Made by a program: the position numbers and the translations under genes | The notes under the pieces: model-generated | What the model was told of the DNA's origin: nothing | Database searches by the model: none | The model's input: only the letters and a program-made list of their open reading frames with translations | DNA from: Bugula neritina | Taxonomy: Eukaryota; Animalia; Bryozoa | Direction: 5' to 3' | Assembly (NCBI GenBank): GCA_964035545.1 | Contig: CAXIUT010000106.1 | Span: forward strand, 1 to 32,422 | DNA: 32,422 nt | Shown: piece after piece, positions 12,130-22,350 of the stretch | Layout of the letters: every line of letters starts with the position of its first letter | Position numbering within the stretch: the stretch's first letter is position 1

Positions 12130-12654
12130 ATGAAAGTTTGCTACACAATTCTTTTAGCAGCTTGCCTACTCAGCTGTCTTCATGCTGAAGTATTGTAAAC
12201 CAACGAACATTTTTGGGGTGGATCTAATCACCTAAGTAATCCATCCATACCTCAACCTAGTCGTACATCTTAACCTGAGCCTCATCCAGATTGTAGATAT
12301 CAACCAGTACCTCAACCAAGTCGTACATCTGAGCCTGAACCTCCACCTCGCCCAACTAAATGTCGACCCAGATATCGTCCAAAGCATTGCCGACCCAATC
12401 CTCGTCCAAATTACTGTCGACCCAATCCTCGTCCAAAGCATTGTCGACCCAATCCTCGTCCAAAGCATTGTCGACCCAATCCTCGTCCAAGGCATTGTCG
12501 ACCCAATCCTCGTCGAACTGTTTGTCCAACCAGACCCAGAAGTTATACTCATACTACATCAAGAAACAGAGGTCAAAGATCTCGATCTCATTACAATAGA
12601 GGAGGAAGAAGAAGAAACAGTTATTCAGGAAGGAGAAGAAGAAGATATTACTGA
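12130..12654 (+). CDS. Secreted Pro/Cys/Arg-rich precursor, copy 2 (174 aa; CRPNPRPKH-type repeats, Arg-rich tail)
   Basis: MKVCYTILLAACLLSCLHA-EVLETNEH-FWGG, two PQPSRTSEPEP units, about six 27-nt CRPNPRPKH-like units, ending GGRRRNSYSGRRRRRYY*. Confidence 0.88.
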
Positions 12655-13066
12655 TTTCATTAGACTACATTTTAATATATATTCGTAAGGTTAGAGTATC
12701 AATAAGATTTTATGGGTTATAATGGTAATATGTATCAACATTATGGTTATTTATTTTAGATTTTTTTTTTATAAAGCATCAAAGGACATATGGTTTAAGT
12801 GATCTTGATAAATATTCATAAAATGTATCAAAGAAAAATCTTAATTCGCTTTTAAACAATGGTTAACGAGAAATTCTTGAGTTTTTAAAGTTAATAAATT
12901 TAAAATTCAACTTGTAAATCGAAAGATAAAATCATGAGAATCCAAAGAAGTCTTTGAGTCCTTTAGCACTTCCTAAAATAGAAAGAGCAGTTGATGTTTT
13001 ATCTTTTTTCTATAGTCTAGGAGGTAAGACCTTACTGAAAAGTAACAGTGATTTTCAATACTAAAA

Positions 13067-13230
13067 TCAATATTGAATTTTAAATGAGCACAATCTCTCA
13101 GAAGATAAATAAAAATAGAACTTAAAACCTTTCTAAATCAATAGAAGATATAATCAAATATGTTCACTGAAGTTTAGTGAATAAAATTATAAATAGAACA
13201 TCGAATTTAGAAGGTTATATTTATTCGAAT
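13067..13230 (+). promoter_or_regulatory. Conserved upstream region of copy 3
   Basis: TCAATATTGA at 13067, TTCACT-N7-AGTGAA at 13163-13181, then TATAAATAGAACATC. Confidence 0.6.
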
Positions 13231-13740
13231 ATGAAAGTTTGCTACTCGATTCTCATAGTAGCTTGCTTACTCAGCTGCCTTCATGCTGAAGTATTGTAAA
13301 CCAACGAACATTATTGGGGTGGTTCTAATTGGTGTAAATATCCAAAAAGACCTCCTCCAACATGTCCTCCACCACCACCGCCTCCACCTCCTCCAACATG
13401 TCCTCCACCACCTCCAACGTGTCCTCCACCACCACCGCCTCCACCTCCTCCAACATGTCCTCCTCCTCCACCACCCCCTCCACCACCACCACCACCACCT
13501 CCAACATGCCCTCCTCCACCACCTCCAATATGCCCTCCTCCTCCACCGCATCCAACAGTATGTCCTTATGTTTATCGACCAAAGTTACCAAGATTATCTC
13601 TTTTCAAATCAAGAGGCTGCTCTTCATACGGTAGAATGGGAAGATATTGCAAAGGTAGATGTAGAGGAGGAAGAAGATGCTGCAAAAGTTACGGTAGAAG
13701 AAGAAACTGCTGCACAGGATATGGAAGAAGATATTACTGA
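13231..13740 (+). CDS. Secreted Pro/Cys/Arg-rich precursor, copy 3 (169 aa; polyproline-TC repeats, Cys/Arg/Gly tail)
   Basis: MKVCYSILIVACLLSCLHA-EVLETNEH-YWGG, repeated PPP..PTC units, ending GRYCKGRCRGGRRCCKSYGRRRNCCTGYGRRYY*. Confidence 0.88.
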
Positions 13741-13891
13741 TTTCATTAGACTATATTTTAATATATATTCGTAAGGTTAGAGTATCAATAAGATTTTTAT
13801 GGGTTATAATGGTAATATGTATCAACATTATGGTTATTTATTTTAGAATTTTTTTTTATAAAGCATCAAAGGACATATGGTTTAAGTGATC

Positions 13892-13926
13892 TTGGGGTTG
13901 GGGTTGGGGTTGGGGTTGGGGTTGGG
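13892..13926. repeat. Internal (TTGGGG)n block
   Basis: About 6 repeats. Positions 13895-13926 replace exactly 32 nt that are present in the duplicate at 12808-12839. Confidence 0.95.
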
Positions 13927-13959
13927 CTTAATTCGCTTTTAAACAATGGTTAACGAGAA

Positions 13960-14720
13960 ATTCTTGAGTTTTTAAAGTTAATAAATTTAAAATTCAACTT
14001 GTAAATCGAAAGATAAAATCATGAGAATCCAAAGAAGTCTTTGAGTCCTTTAGCACTTCCTAAAATAGAAAGAGCAGTTGATGTTTTATCTTTTTTCTAT
14101 AGTCTAGGAGGTAAATTAACTACATCTACAGTTTCTAGTATGTTATTTATTGATTTTTGTTAGAAAAATATTTCTTAAATAATAATTGCCAGTTGTTAAT
14201 TACAATTCTTTATATTTTTAGGTTTTAATAGTATATAGTCATACAGGTAGATCACATAATTTTTCTTTTCGATATAAATAAATGATACTTTGTCCAAAAG
14301 TAGTAAAAATATCAGTTATTTTAAGGTTATATAATTTATTTATTCATATGTCCTTTAGTATAGAATCTTTGGCAGTGTTTTGAATTTGAAAAATCCATAT
14401 TATCTCGCTAGTATGGTGTCTATTGGAGAATTCTTTTTAAATTAAAGGATATTTTAGATTTATTTAGGAGGAGGGATTTGTTATTTTTTAAAAGTCGAAG
14501 TCTACTTAAAGGTTTTATTTATTGAAAAAACAGATAAAATATTTATAAACTTAATTTAGACAACAAGAACAAGAAAAAAAGATTTAGAAAAAAAGTTACT
14601 TGAATATTTGTCTTAGTTGATTCTGTTCTCAGTACCTAAGAAGATATCTTGTCTGATTATATATATTTTTTTTGTAACAGGATAAATAAATGTCACCTTA
14701 AAAAGATTTTGAAATAATCA
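13960..14720 (-). pseudogene. Diverged paralog of the gene at 17599-18420 (its 3' end is also copied at ~12875-13027)
   Basis: Shared blocks such as INNILET...VNLPP.LEK..KTST.L...SAKGLK. A 1-nt insertion relative to the intact gene leads to an early TGA in both duplicate copies. Confidence 0.65.
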
Positions 14721-14723
14721 ATT

Positions 14724-14794
14724 TTGGGGTTGGGGTTGGGGTTGGGGTTGGGGTTGGGGTTGGGGTTGGGGTTGGGTTGGGGTTGGGGTTGGGT
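14724..14794. repeat. Internal (TTGGGG)n block
   Basis: About 12 repeats, one of them a TTGGG variant. Lies between the two duplicated cassettes. Confidence 0.95.
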
Positions 14795-14799
14795 AAAGT

Positions 14800-15345
14800 T
14801 TTAATATCTCTTCAAATATGAATTTAGAGTCTATAAAGATGTAGAATTAGTAAAATGTACCAAGGTAGAGAGTAATTTAAAAGTTTTAACAATTGAAAGT
14901 TTTTTAAAAAAAGAATAGCTTTCAAAAGAGAGAGGAAAATGACAACCAGAGCCAATATAATTTAGAAGAAAACAGAATAAAACTTCAGAAACATTAAGAA
15001 ACTAATAGTATTAATGGATATCTAAAATAAATTGTTTAAATATCATTTTATATCGAAAACAGTAATGGTAGATAAATCAAGTTGGGAATAGCTTCTATCA
15101 ATGTAGCAAAGAATGGTTAGTTTTGTACAAAATCAATCAGTAAAATAAATCAGTAAAATTACTAAGGAACATAATCTTGAAAGATTTTAATTGAATTTAT
15201 AAAAACAGCAATTTCTACAGTAATATACTCTTTGATGTGTTTAATGCTCAAGCAGACAATCAGTATACTTACTAATTCCTCAAAAAGCATATCCAATTAC
15301 TTTAAGAAATTATTTATCAGATAAAGATGAAGATAATTATTAAAT
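14800..15345 (+). pseudogene. Degenerate copy of the E2 gene at 10403-11060
   Basis: Clear nucleotide similarity (TATCAATGT.GCA.AGA..GGT.AGTTTTGTACAAAA; TTTGATG.GTTTAATGCTCAAGCAG.CAATCA), with deletions, frameshifts and loss of the stop codon. Confidence 0.78.
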
Positions 15346-15662
15346 ATTAAAATAATAAAATATTGATAATGCATCAATTAAAATAAGTCTTTAAAACAAC
15401 CCATAATTTTGCTTTCTTTTTAATTTAATTATGAATCATATGAAAAAATTGGAACAACATGCTGTCCGAAAGTTACATTAATATACTATACTCACATCAA
15501 TATTGCACCGAAAATTAAACGCCATCTTGTCAGAGGACACATAAAACTGAATAACCTTCTTTCAATTAATAGAACTTATAATGAATATGTTGGACTGAAA
15601 TCTAGTTAATATAGTTATAAATAGAACATCTAATTTAGAACACTTGATATTATTATTCGAAT

Positions 15663-16563
15663 ATGAAAGCTTGTTACTTGATTCTTTTAGCAGCTTGCCT
15701 ACTCTGCTGTCTTCATGCTGAAGTATTGTAAACCAACTAACATTGTTGGGCTGGTCCTTCAAGGAGTATTGTCAAAACCTGTCCTCCGATCAGACCTCCA
15801 ATTGTTTGTCCTCCTGCACCAAAAATTTTAGGATCATCATCTTTTGATTTTAATCCTTTGATTTGTTATCCTTGTGGTCGAAGAGGAAAATGTTGCAAAC
15901 CAGGAATATGCCCCATAGGTGGAATCTTTAACAGAGGAATATTTACCAAAGAGGAATATGCTGCAGAGGAAGAGGGTGTGGAAGAAGAGGTAAAGGATGT
16001 GGAAGAAGAGGGTGTGGAAGAAGAGGGTGTGGAAGAAGAGGTAAAGGATGTGGAAGAAGAGGGTGTGGAAGAAGAGGGTGTGGAAGAAGAGGTAAAGGAT
16101 GATGGAAGAAGAGGGTGTGGAAGAAGAGGGTGTGGAAGAAGAGGTAAAGGATGTGGAAGAAGAGGGTGTGGGAAGAAGAGGGTGTGGAAGAAGAGGTTAA
16201 AGGATGTGGAAGGAAGAGGGTGTGGAAGGAAGAGGGTGTGGAAGAAGAGGGTGTGGAAGAAGAGGGTGTGGAAGAAGAGGTCAAGGATGTGGAAGAAGAG
16301 GTGTGGAAGAAGAGGTAAAGGATGGTGGAAGAAGAGGTAAAAGGATTATGCAAATAGGCAAAGGATTGAGAAAAATAAAAAAAGGATTCGAGAAAAATCT
16401 CAAGAGGACTATGTTGCAGAGGTAGAAGATGTGGAAGAAGAGGATGTGGAAGAAGAGGATGGTGGAAAGAAGAGGTAAAGGATGTGGAAGAAGAGGGTGT
16501 GCGAAAGAGGTAAAGGATGTGGAAGAAGAGGTGTGGAAGAAGAGGTGTGGAAGAAGAGGTAAA
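15663..16563 (+). CDS. Secreted Pro/Cys/Arg-rich precursor, copy 4 with expanded (GCGRR)/(GKGCGRR) array; frame broken in this assembly
   Basis: MKACYLILLAACLLCCLHA-EVLETNEH-CWAG...CPPIRPPIVCPP...CYPCGRRGKCCKPGICP, then 15/21-nt repeats with several indels. The 3' end is uncertain (assembly error or pseudogene). Confidence 0.7.
15968..16563 (+). repeat. Purine-rich minisatellite GGGTGTGGAAGAAGA / GGTAAAGGATGTGGAAGAAGA
   Basis: Mixed 15- and 21-nt tandem units are directly visible. Confidence 0.9.
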
Positions 16564-16950
16564 GCTTCAGCTCATTAGTATGTCCTCCTTAGTCCTTCTG
16601 ATCTTCCCATTTAACTGCATTTAAATACTATTAAATACTTTTTTGTTATGTAAATATTCTAAAATCCTTAATCAATATTTAAAATTTAATTCTTTTCTAA
16701 AAAGATAATAGCCTGATCAAAACTGCTAAGTTCTTTAACCGTGAATATCCGAATCACATTACAGTCCTAAATCATCTTGACCATTCGTAATACCCATTCT
16801 AACATGAATGCAATTTTCTCAGAAGACACATAAAATTTAAGAACCTTCTTTAAATCAATAGAAGAATACATCTAATAGTTCACTGAAGTAGTTAGATACT
16901 AATTATAAATAGAACATCGCATTTAGAAGTTTATAATTATTCATTCTACT

Positions 16951-17359
16951 ATGAAAGTTGGCTATTTTATTCTTTTAGCAGCTTGCCTACTCAGCTGTCT
17001 TCATGCTGAAGTATTGTAAACCAACTAACATTGTTGGGCTGCTCCTAGATGGGGAGGTATTATCAAAAATTGTCGTTTTCCAATTAGGCCTCCAACTATA
17101 TGTCGTCCAATAAGACCAACGATATGTCCTCCTGCTTTACCAATAAGACTACCTAAATTGAAATGCACAAGTCAAAGATATTATTCTCCTTGGGGGTAGA
17201 GGAGGCAGATATTGTGGAAACAGAGGGAGATATTGTGGAAACAGAGGAAGATATTGTGGAAACAGAGGGAGATATTGTGGAGGCAGAAGAAGATGTTACA
17301 AAAACAGATCTAGAGGAAAAAGACATTGCAAAGGATACAGAAGAAACAGATATTGCTGA
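16951..17359 (+). CDS. Secreted Pro/Cys/Arg-rich precursor, copy 5 ((GRYCGNR)n repeats); one apparent +1 indel in the G5 run at 17192-17196
   Basis: MKVGYFILLAACLLSCLHA-EVLETNEH-CWAA...CRFPIRPPTICRPIRPTICPP. Removing one G gives GRGGRYCGNRGRYCGNR...RRNRYC*, whose end (AGATATTGCTGATTTCA) matches copies 2 and 3. Confidence 0.8.
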
Positions 17360-17598
17360 TTTCACTTTACTGCATTATGAATAATTTTTATACTTTTTAT
17401 TAAAAATTAAAGTTAAACGAAAAAAAAATAATTATGAATTTACAATGAATCGACTGTTCTATAAATTATTAAAATACCAATCCTATCCTTACTCTTCACA
17501 AAAAACATCAAGAAATATGCTATTTAAGTTATTTTGATAAAAAATCATGAAAAATTATTTATATTATTAAAAATAAAAACTCAATAAAGATTTTATTT

Positions 17599-18420
17599 TC
17601 ATTAAAAAATCATTAATAGTAGATGCTTGAGTTTTTGAAGTTAATAAATATAGAAATATTTTAGTTTGTCTTATGTATGCATATTCAAGATAAAATCATG
17701 AGAATCCGAAGAAGTTTTGAGTCCTTTAGCGCTTTTTGAATTGGCAAGAGTAGTTGATGTTTTGTTTGTTTTTTACAGTTTAGGAGGTAAGTTAACATCG
17801 TTTAGGGTTTCTAGTATGTTATTGATTGTTTTTTGTTGCTTTTCTAGCCGCTTATTGACAATATCTTAAAAGATTGAATGCTTTTAGATAAATGTACTTT
17901 CCAACTCGTTGATATTCTGATTAATCTTTTCTTGAAAAATATTATCTCTTGACTTATTTTCTTTCGTAAGTTATGTGGAATCTAGAATATCTGTGCTTTC
18001 TGGACTGATTTCTTTCGCCTTTTAATGCAAGTAGTTTATAGTTCTTTTGATTGAGGGAAAATCAAAGAGTTGTTAGTCTTCAACGATACTCTCATCTGAG
18101 TATTATTTAGGAAGAGTTTATACTTTTGTGATCATTATTCTTTCAGCTTATCAATTTACTCCCAAACATTCGAGATATTCAATTGAGTTTATCATAGTAC
18201 TGTTTGAACGTTTTTTATTGGGTCGAAGAAAGAAGAAAAGAAATTTCTTCAATAATACTTGTCACTTATTAATTACTATTTTTTGTATTTTGATGTTTCA
18301 ATGGGATAGTACCTAATTCATTGATAGATTGTATTTCTTGTTTTTAGTTTTTATTTGAAGATTGAGTGTTAGAAAAGAGAGGTGATTGTAGCTTAATTAA
18401 GAAGTGTGTTTTCTTTATTC
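17599..18420 (-). CDS. Hypothetical protein (5' exon structure unresolved)
   Basis: About 180 codons open from ~18140 to TGA at 17601-17599, with a candidate 20-nt intron upstream. Start coordinate is approximate. Confidence 0.55.
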
Positions 18421-18562
18421 ATGGAAAGTTTATAATTTTAAATAGTTCAAATAACATTTTATTTCATTTGAAAGTTTAAGTTACAATAAGTTGATTCGAT
18501 AAAGATATTTATCTGAATTGAGATCTTAAGTAAATACTATAGTTATTTAAATATTTTTGAAT

Positions 18563-19937
18563 ATGGGAAACTAAGTGAATAGGCACTAGCAAAATAAGAA
18601 GCAAGGAGGCGAACAAGCCAAGAAAAAACCTATTCCTCCTCCTCCTAGAGTAGGAAGAAAGAAAAAAGGAAAAGGTATCGATGCAGCTACAAAACTTCCA
18701 GCAAGGTAAACATCATCTTATGTAGTGACTCCTATCACTAAATGCCGTTTGAGACAACTGAAACTTGAAAGGATCAAAGACTACCTCCTGATGGAAGAAG
18801 AATTTGTTGAACACTATCAGAAAGAATAAAAAGCCAAACCTGAAGAAGAAAATGTAATATCTATATGACTCAGGAATAATTCAAGAAAATCTAACAACTT
18901 AGAGGACTACCAATGAACGTTGGTACTCTTTAATAATTTGTTGACGAAGATCATTGTATTGTCTCATCAACAATGGGGCCTGAATATTATGTGCCTATCA
19001 TGTCTTTCGTTGATAAAGATCAATTAGAACCAAATAGTTCGATTCTACTCAATCACAGAGGCATGTCTATTGTCGGTATTATGCAAGACGATGTTGATCC
19101 TTTACTCAATGTGATGAAAGTGGAAAAAGCACCTCTTTAAAGCTATGCAGATATCGGTGGTCTTGAGACTCAAATTCAATAGATCAAAGAAGCTGTTGAG
19201 TTACCTCTTACTCATCCTGAAGTCTATTAAGATATGGGTATTAAACCTCCAAAAGGAGTTATTCTTTATGGAGAACCAGGAACAGGAAAAACTCTTTTGG
19301 CTAAAGCTGTCGCTAACTAGACTTCAGCAACCTTTTTGAGAGTCGTAGGATCTGAATTGATTCAAAAATACTTGGGAGATGGACCTAAATTAGTCAGATA
19401 ACTTTTCAAAACCGCTCAGGAGCATTCTCCTTCAATTATCTTCATTGATTAAATCGATGCTATTGGTACAAAGAGATATGATTCGAACTCTGGAGGATAA
19501 AAATAAGTGCAAAGAACTATGTTGGAACTTCTGAATCAACTTGACGGATTCGATACTCATGCTGAAGTTAAAGTAATCATGGCTACTAACAAAATTGATA
19601 CTTTAGACCCTGCTCTAATTCGTCCTGGAAGAATAGATAGAAAGATTGAATTTCCTGTTCCAGATTTAAAAACCAAGCATAAAATCTTCCAAATTCATAC
19701 TTCTAAAATGAATCTTAACTAAGATGTAAAAATACTTCTATTTAGGTAACTGGAGGATAATTAATTCAAACAAAGGACGACCTTTCTGGAGCTGATATAA
19801 AAGCAATGTGCACATAGGCTGGTTTGATAGCTTTGCGAGAGAGGAGAATGAAGGTAACAAAGGAAGACTTTGATAAAGCCAAAGAGAAAGTGCTATACTT
19901 GAAGAAAGGAGATATACCATAGGGATTGTATATTTGA
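18563..19937 (+). CDS. RPT2: 26S proteasome AAA-ATPase subunit Rpt2 (PSMC1/S4)
   Basis: [76 protein letters not shown] and C-terminal PEGLYI*. Introns 18854-18873 and 19726-19745, plus an anomalous one at 18706-18725. Confidence 0.97.
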
Positions 19938-19988
19938 TAATCGAATCAATTCAATTATAAATATTAAATACAATATAGTATTGAATTA

Positions 19989-22045
19989 TCACATTAAAAG
20001 CTAACCAAGATGTTTTCTTATCTTACTTTTTTCTGATTCAGTCAATTTTGTTTTAATTGAGTTTAATTTAGCGAATAATTCAGCAAAAGATTGTCCATTC
20101 TACTGTTTTTATAGCTATTTTTTTACAATTTTCAGTTAATTTTATTGCTTATCAATGACTTTTTATAATTACACTACTTTTAAAATGGATTTCTTTTGTT
20201 TTTCAATGATATTTTACAAATTTATTTTTTATTTAAATGAATTTTGAAGTTCAATACTTTTAATTTAAAGTTAACATTCTAATCTTAAAGCTTTTTTGTA
20301 ATTTTCTGAACAATTAATTTTAACTTAAAGTTAATTGTTATTTGTTTAAGCTATGTACTTTTTTAAATCAGATATTTACCTTTTAAAGTCTTTTTATCGA
20401 TCTTTAAAGATATTGATCTTTTAATTATTTTATAACAATAAATTCTAAATCTTTTCTTCATAATATTTCTATTTTTAAATGAATTTCTTAATAAATTTTT
20501 CAATTGTTGAATTTGCGTCATCAAGTTCATATTATTTTGACTTAATTTGTTATTTTAGTGTTAAAACTTCATTTTATTTGAATTATTTTTATTTTTCATG
20601 GCTAATTTAAAGTATTTTAAGTACTTATTCAGACTTTTATTTACTTAAATGTAAACTATTAACAATCTTTTTCTGTGATTTTAATTCAATTTCAAGTATT
20701 TATTTTATTTACTGTAGTTTTTCTTTTTATTTTTTTTATTATTCACACTTTTATCTGTATTTATTCAGTTCTTTTTGTATTTAAACATTTTGTAGTATTT
20801 TTTCAACTTAGTATTCTTTAGATTTTACCTAAATTATCAGATAAATACAGTAAATTCAAGCTACTTTAGACTTTCTTTCATGTTCTCTTATTTTTCTTAT
20901 CTATTTTTTATTTATCCTTATAACTAATCAATTCTTTAATTGGCTCTTTTAAGTTCTGTTTTCAGCTTATCAAACTCTGATTTTCTCTATTGAAAAATAA
21001 CATTAAATTAATTTTCTTTTTCCTAAAGAACATCTTGAATATTTTTTTGTTCTGACTTATAAGTTAATATTTTTTAATTTAGCATACTTATTTGTTCTGA
21101 AAACTCCAAATTAATTTTATTTATCTTCTATGCATTTTTACTTTAAATTTATATTTTAGTCTTTGAAAAATCTTCAATAATTTATTGATTTTTAAGATCA
21201 ATCATTTATGATTCTAGTTATAACCTTGTATTTTTACCCTAAAAATCTGATATTTTATTCTTGAGGTCTTCAATTTCTCTTAAATATTTTTCTTCATTCT
21301 ATAAATTCAATTGAGTTAAATGATTGATTTCAGATTAGTATTGTTTTTATTTTTAATTCTTTTATATCTACCACTCCTAAGATTTTAATCTGATAGCAAT
21401 ATCCAATTCTTATCTGATAGATGTGAATTATTATCCCTTCTAATTAGAACTTTAAGTTTATTTATTTCTAAGTTATTCTCTTAAATTTTATACTTATAGC
21501 GATATTCTATTGAATTTTTCTTTCATTTCTTCATGATTTTCATTTTTTTATTGATATTTATCCTTCCACATTTATATTTCAAAAGCATATGATAAGGATT
21601 CTGGTTCTAATCTTTAGCTTATCTCTTAAATCATCTCTTACTTGTTTTTTTGTTTTTTTTAGGAAGCCTTTAACTTCTTCTTTTATTCTTTATCATTGTT
21701 TTATTTTGACTTTGATCTATCAATAATTCTTGGAAGCTCATCTTTCTACTTCTAAAATAAACATTATATAGATTTTATTTTTTATTAATTTGTCTCTTAA
21801 CTCTCAATTGTCGACCTTACTTTTTGAATAATTTCACTTAAAAATGATATTTATTTCTAGAAAATAAGTCTTTGATTCATAGGCTATTAGCTATTTTTAT
21901 AGTTAGAATTAAACAAATTTTTGTTTGCTGAATCTCCTTGAGAAGAAGCACTTTTAAACCTTTCTAAATAAGAGATAGAATAATTTTAGGAACTATCCTC
22001 TAAGACTCTGATCTCATCTGAATTGAAAAAACTATTTTCTGTCAT
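19989..22045 (-). CDS. Large E/K-rich coiled-coil protein
   Basis: Strongly T-rich plus strand, and the segments read are open on the minus strand with TAR=Glu. Stop at 19991-19989; start and introns are approximate. Confidence 0.6.
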
Positions 22046-22350
22046 TAAAAGTTCCTACACTTCAAGTACAAATTATATATAATCTATTCTTACAGAAATC
22101 AAATATCATAAAGATTTCCAATAATACTTGTTTTTGTCTGAAATACCTCAAATATCACTTTACTTTCCTCTGAATATTGAAAATAGCACCTTAATATTTT
22201 CAATTATATTATTTTCTTTCTGAAGAATTGTGATTGACTATTTTTGCCAAATAAAGATCAATTAAGAACGATATATCTAATTTTGAATATTTTGTGAATA
22301 TTTATAAAAATCTATTAATAAATATGATTTATTTGAGATTTTATAATTAA

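Larger units (their letters stand above)
11920..14114 (+). repeat. Recent ~1.1-kb direct tandem duplication (11920-13021 / 13022-14114)
   Basis: Promoters, signal-peptide coding regions and ~380-bp 3' flanks are nearly identical. AGGTAA occurs at 11920, at the junction 13022 and at 14109. Confidence 0.9.

Noticed and set aside
12360-12515. 27-nt repeats as a possible CRISPR array
   Set aside because: The units are directly adjacent with no unique spacers, are in-frame coding repeats, and the context is eukaryotic.
12232-13774. ORF-track His-rich, Ser/Thr-rich, Trp/Arg-rich and Glu/Val-rich ORFs
   Set aside because: They are alternative or antisense frames of the peptide-gene repeats. Only the frame continuous with the shared leader and shared RRYY-TGA end is supported.
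11920-14114. Transposon or IES explanation for the duplicated blocks
   Set aside because: No terminal inverted repeats, transposase or RT frames, or TA-bounded insertion were seen. Simple tandem duplication explains the pattern.
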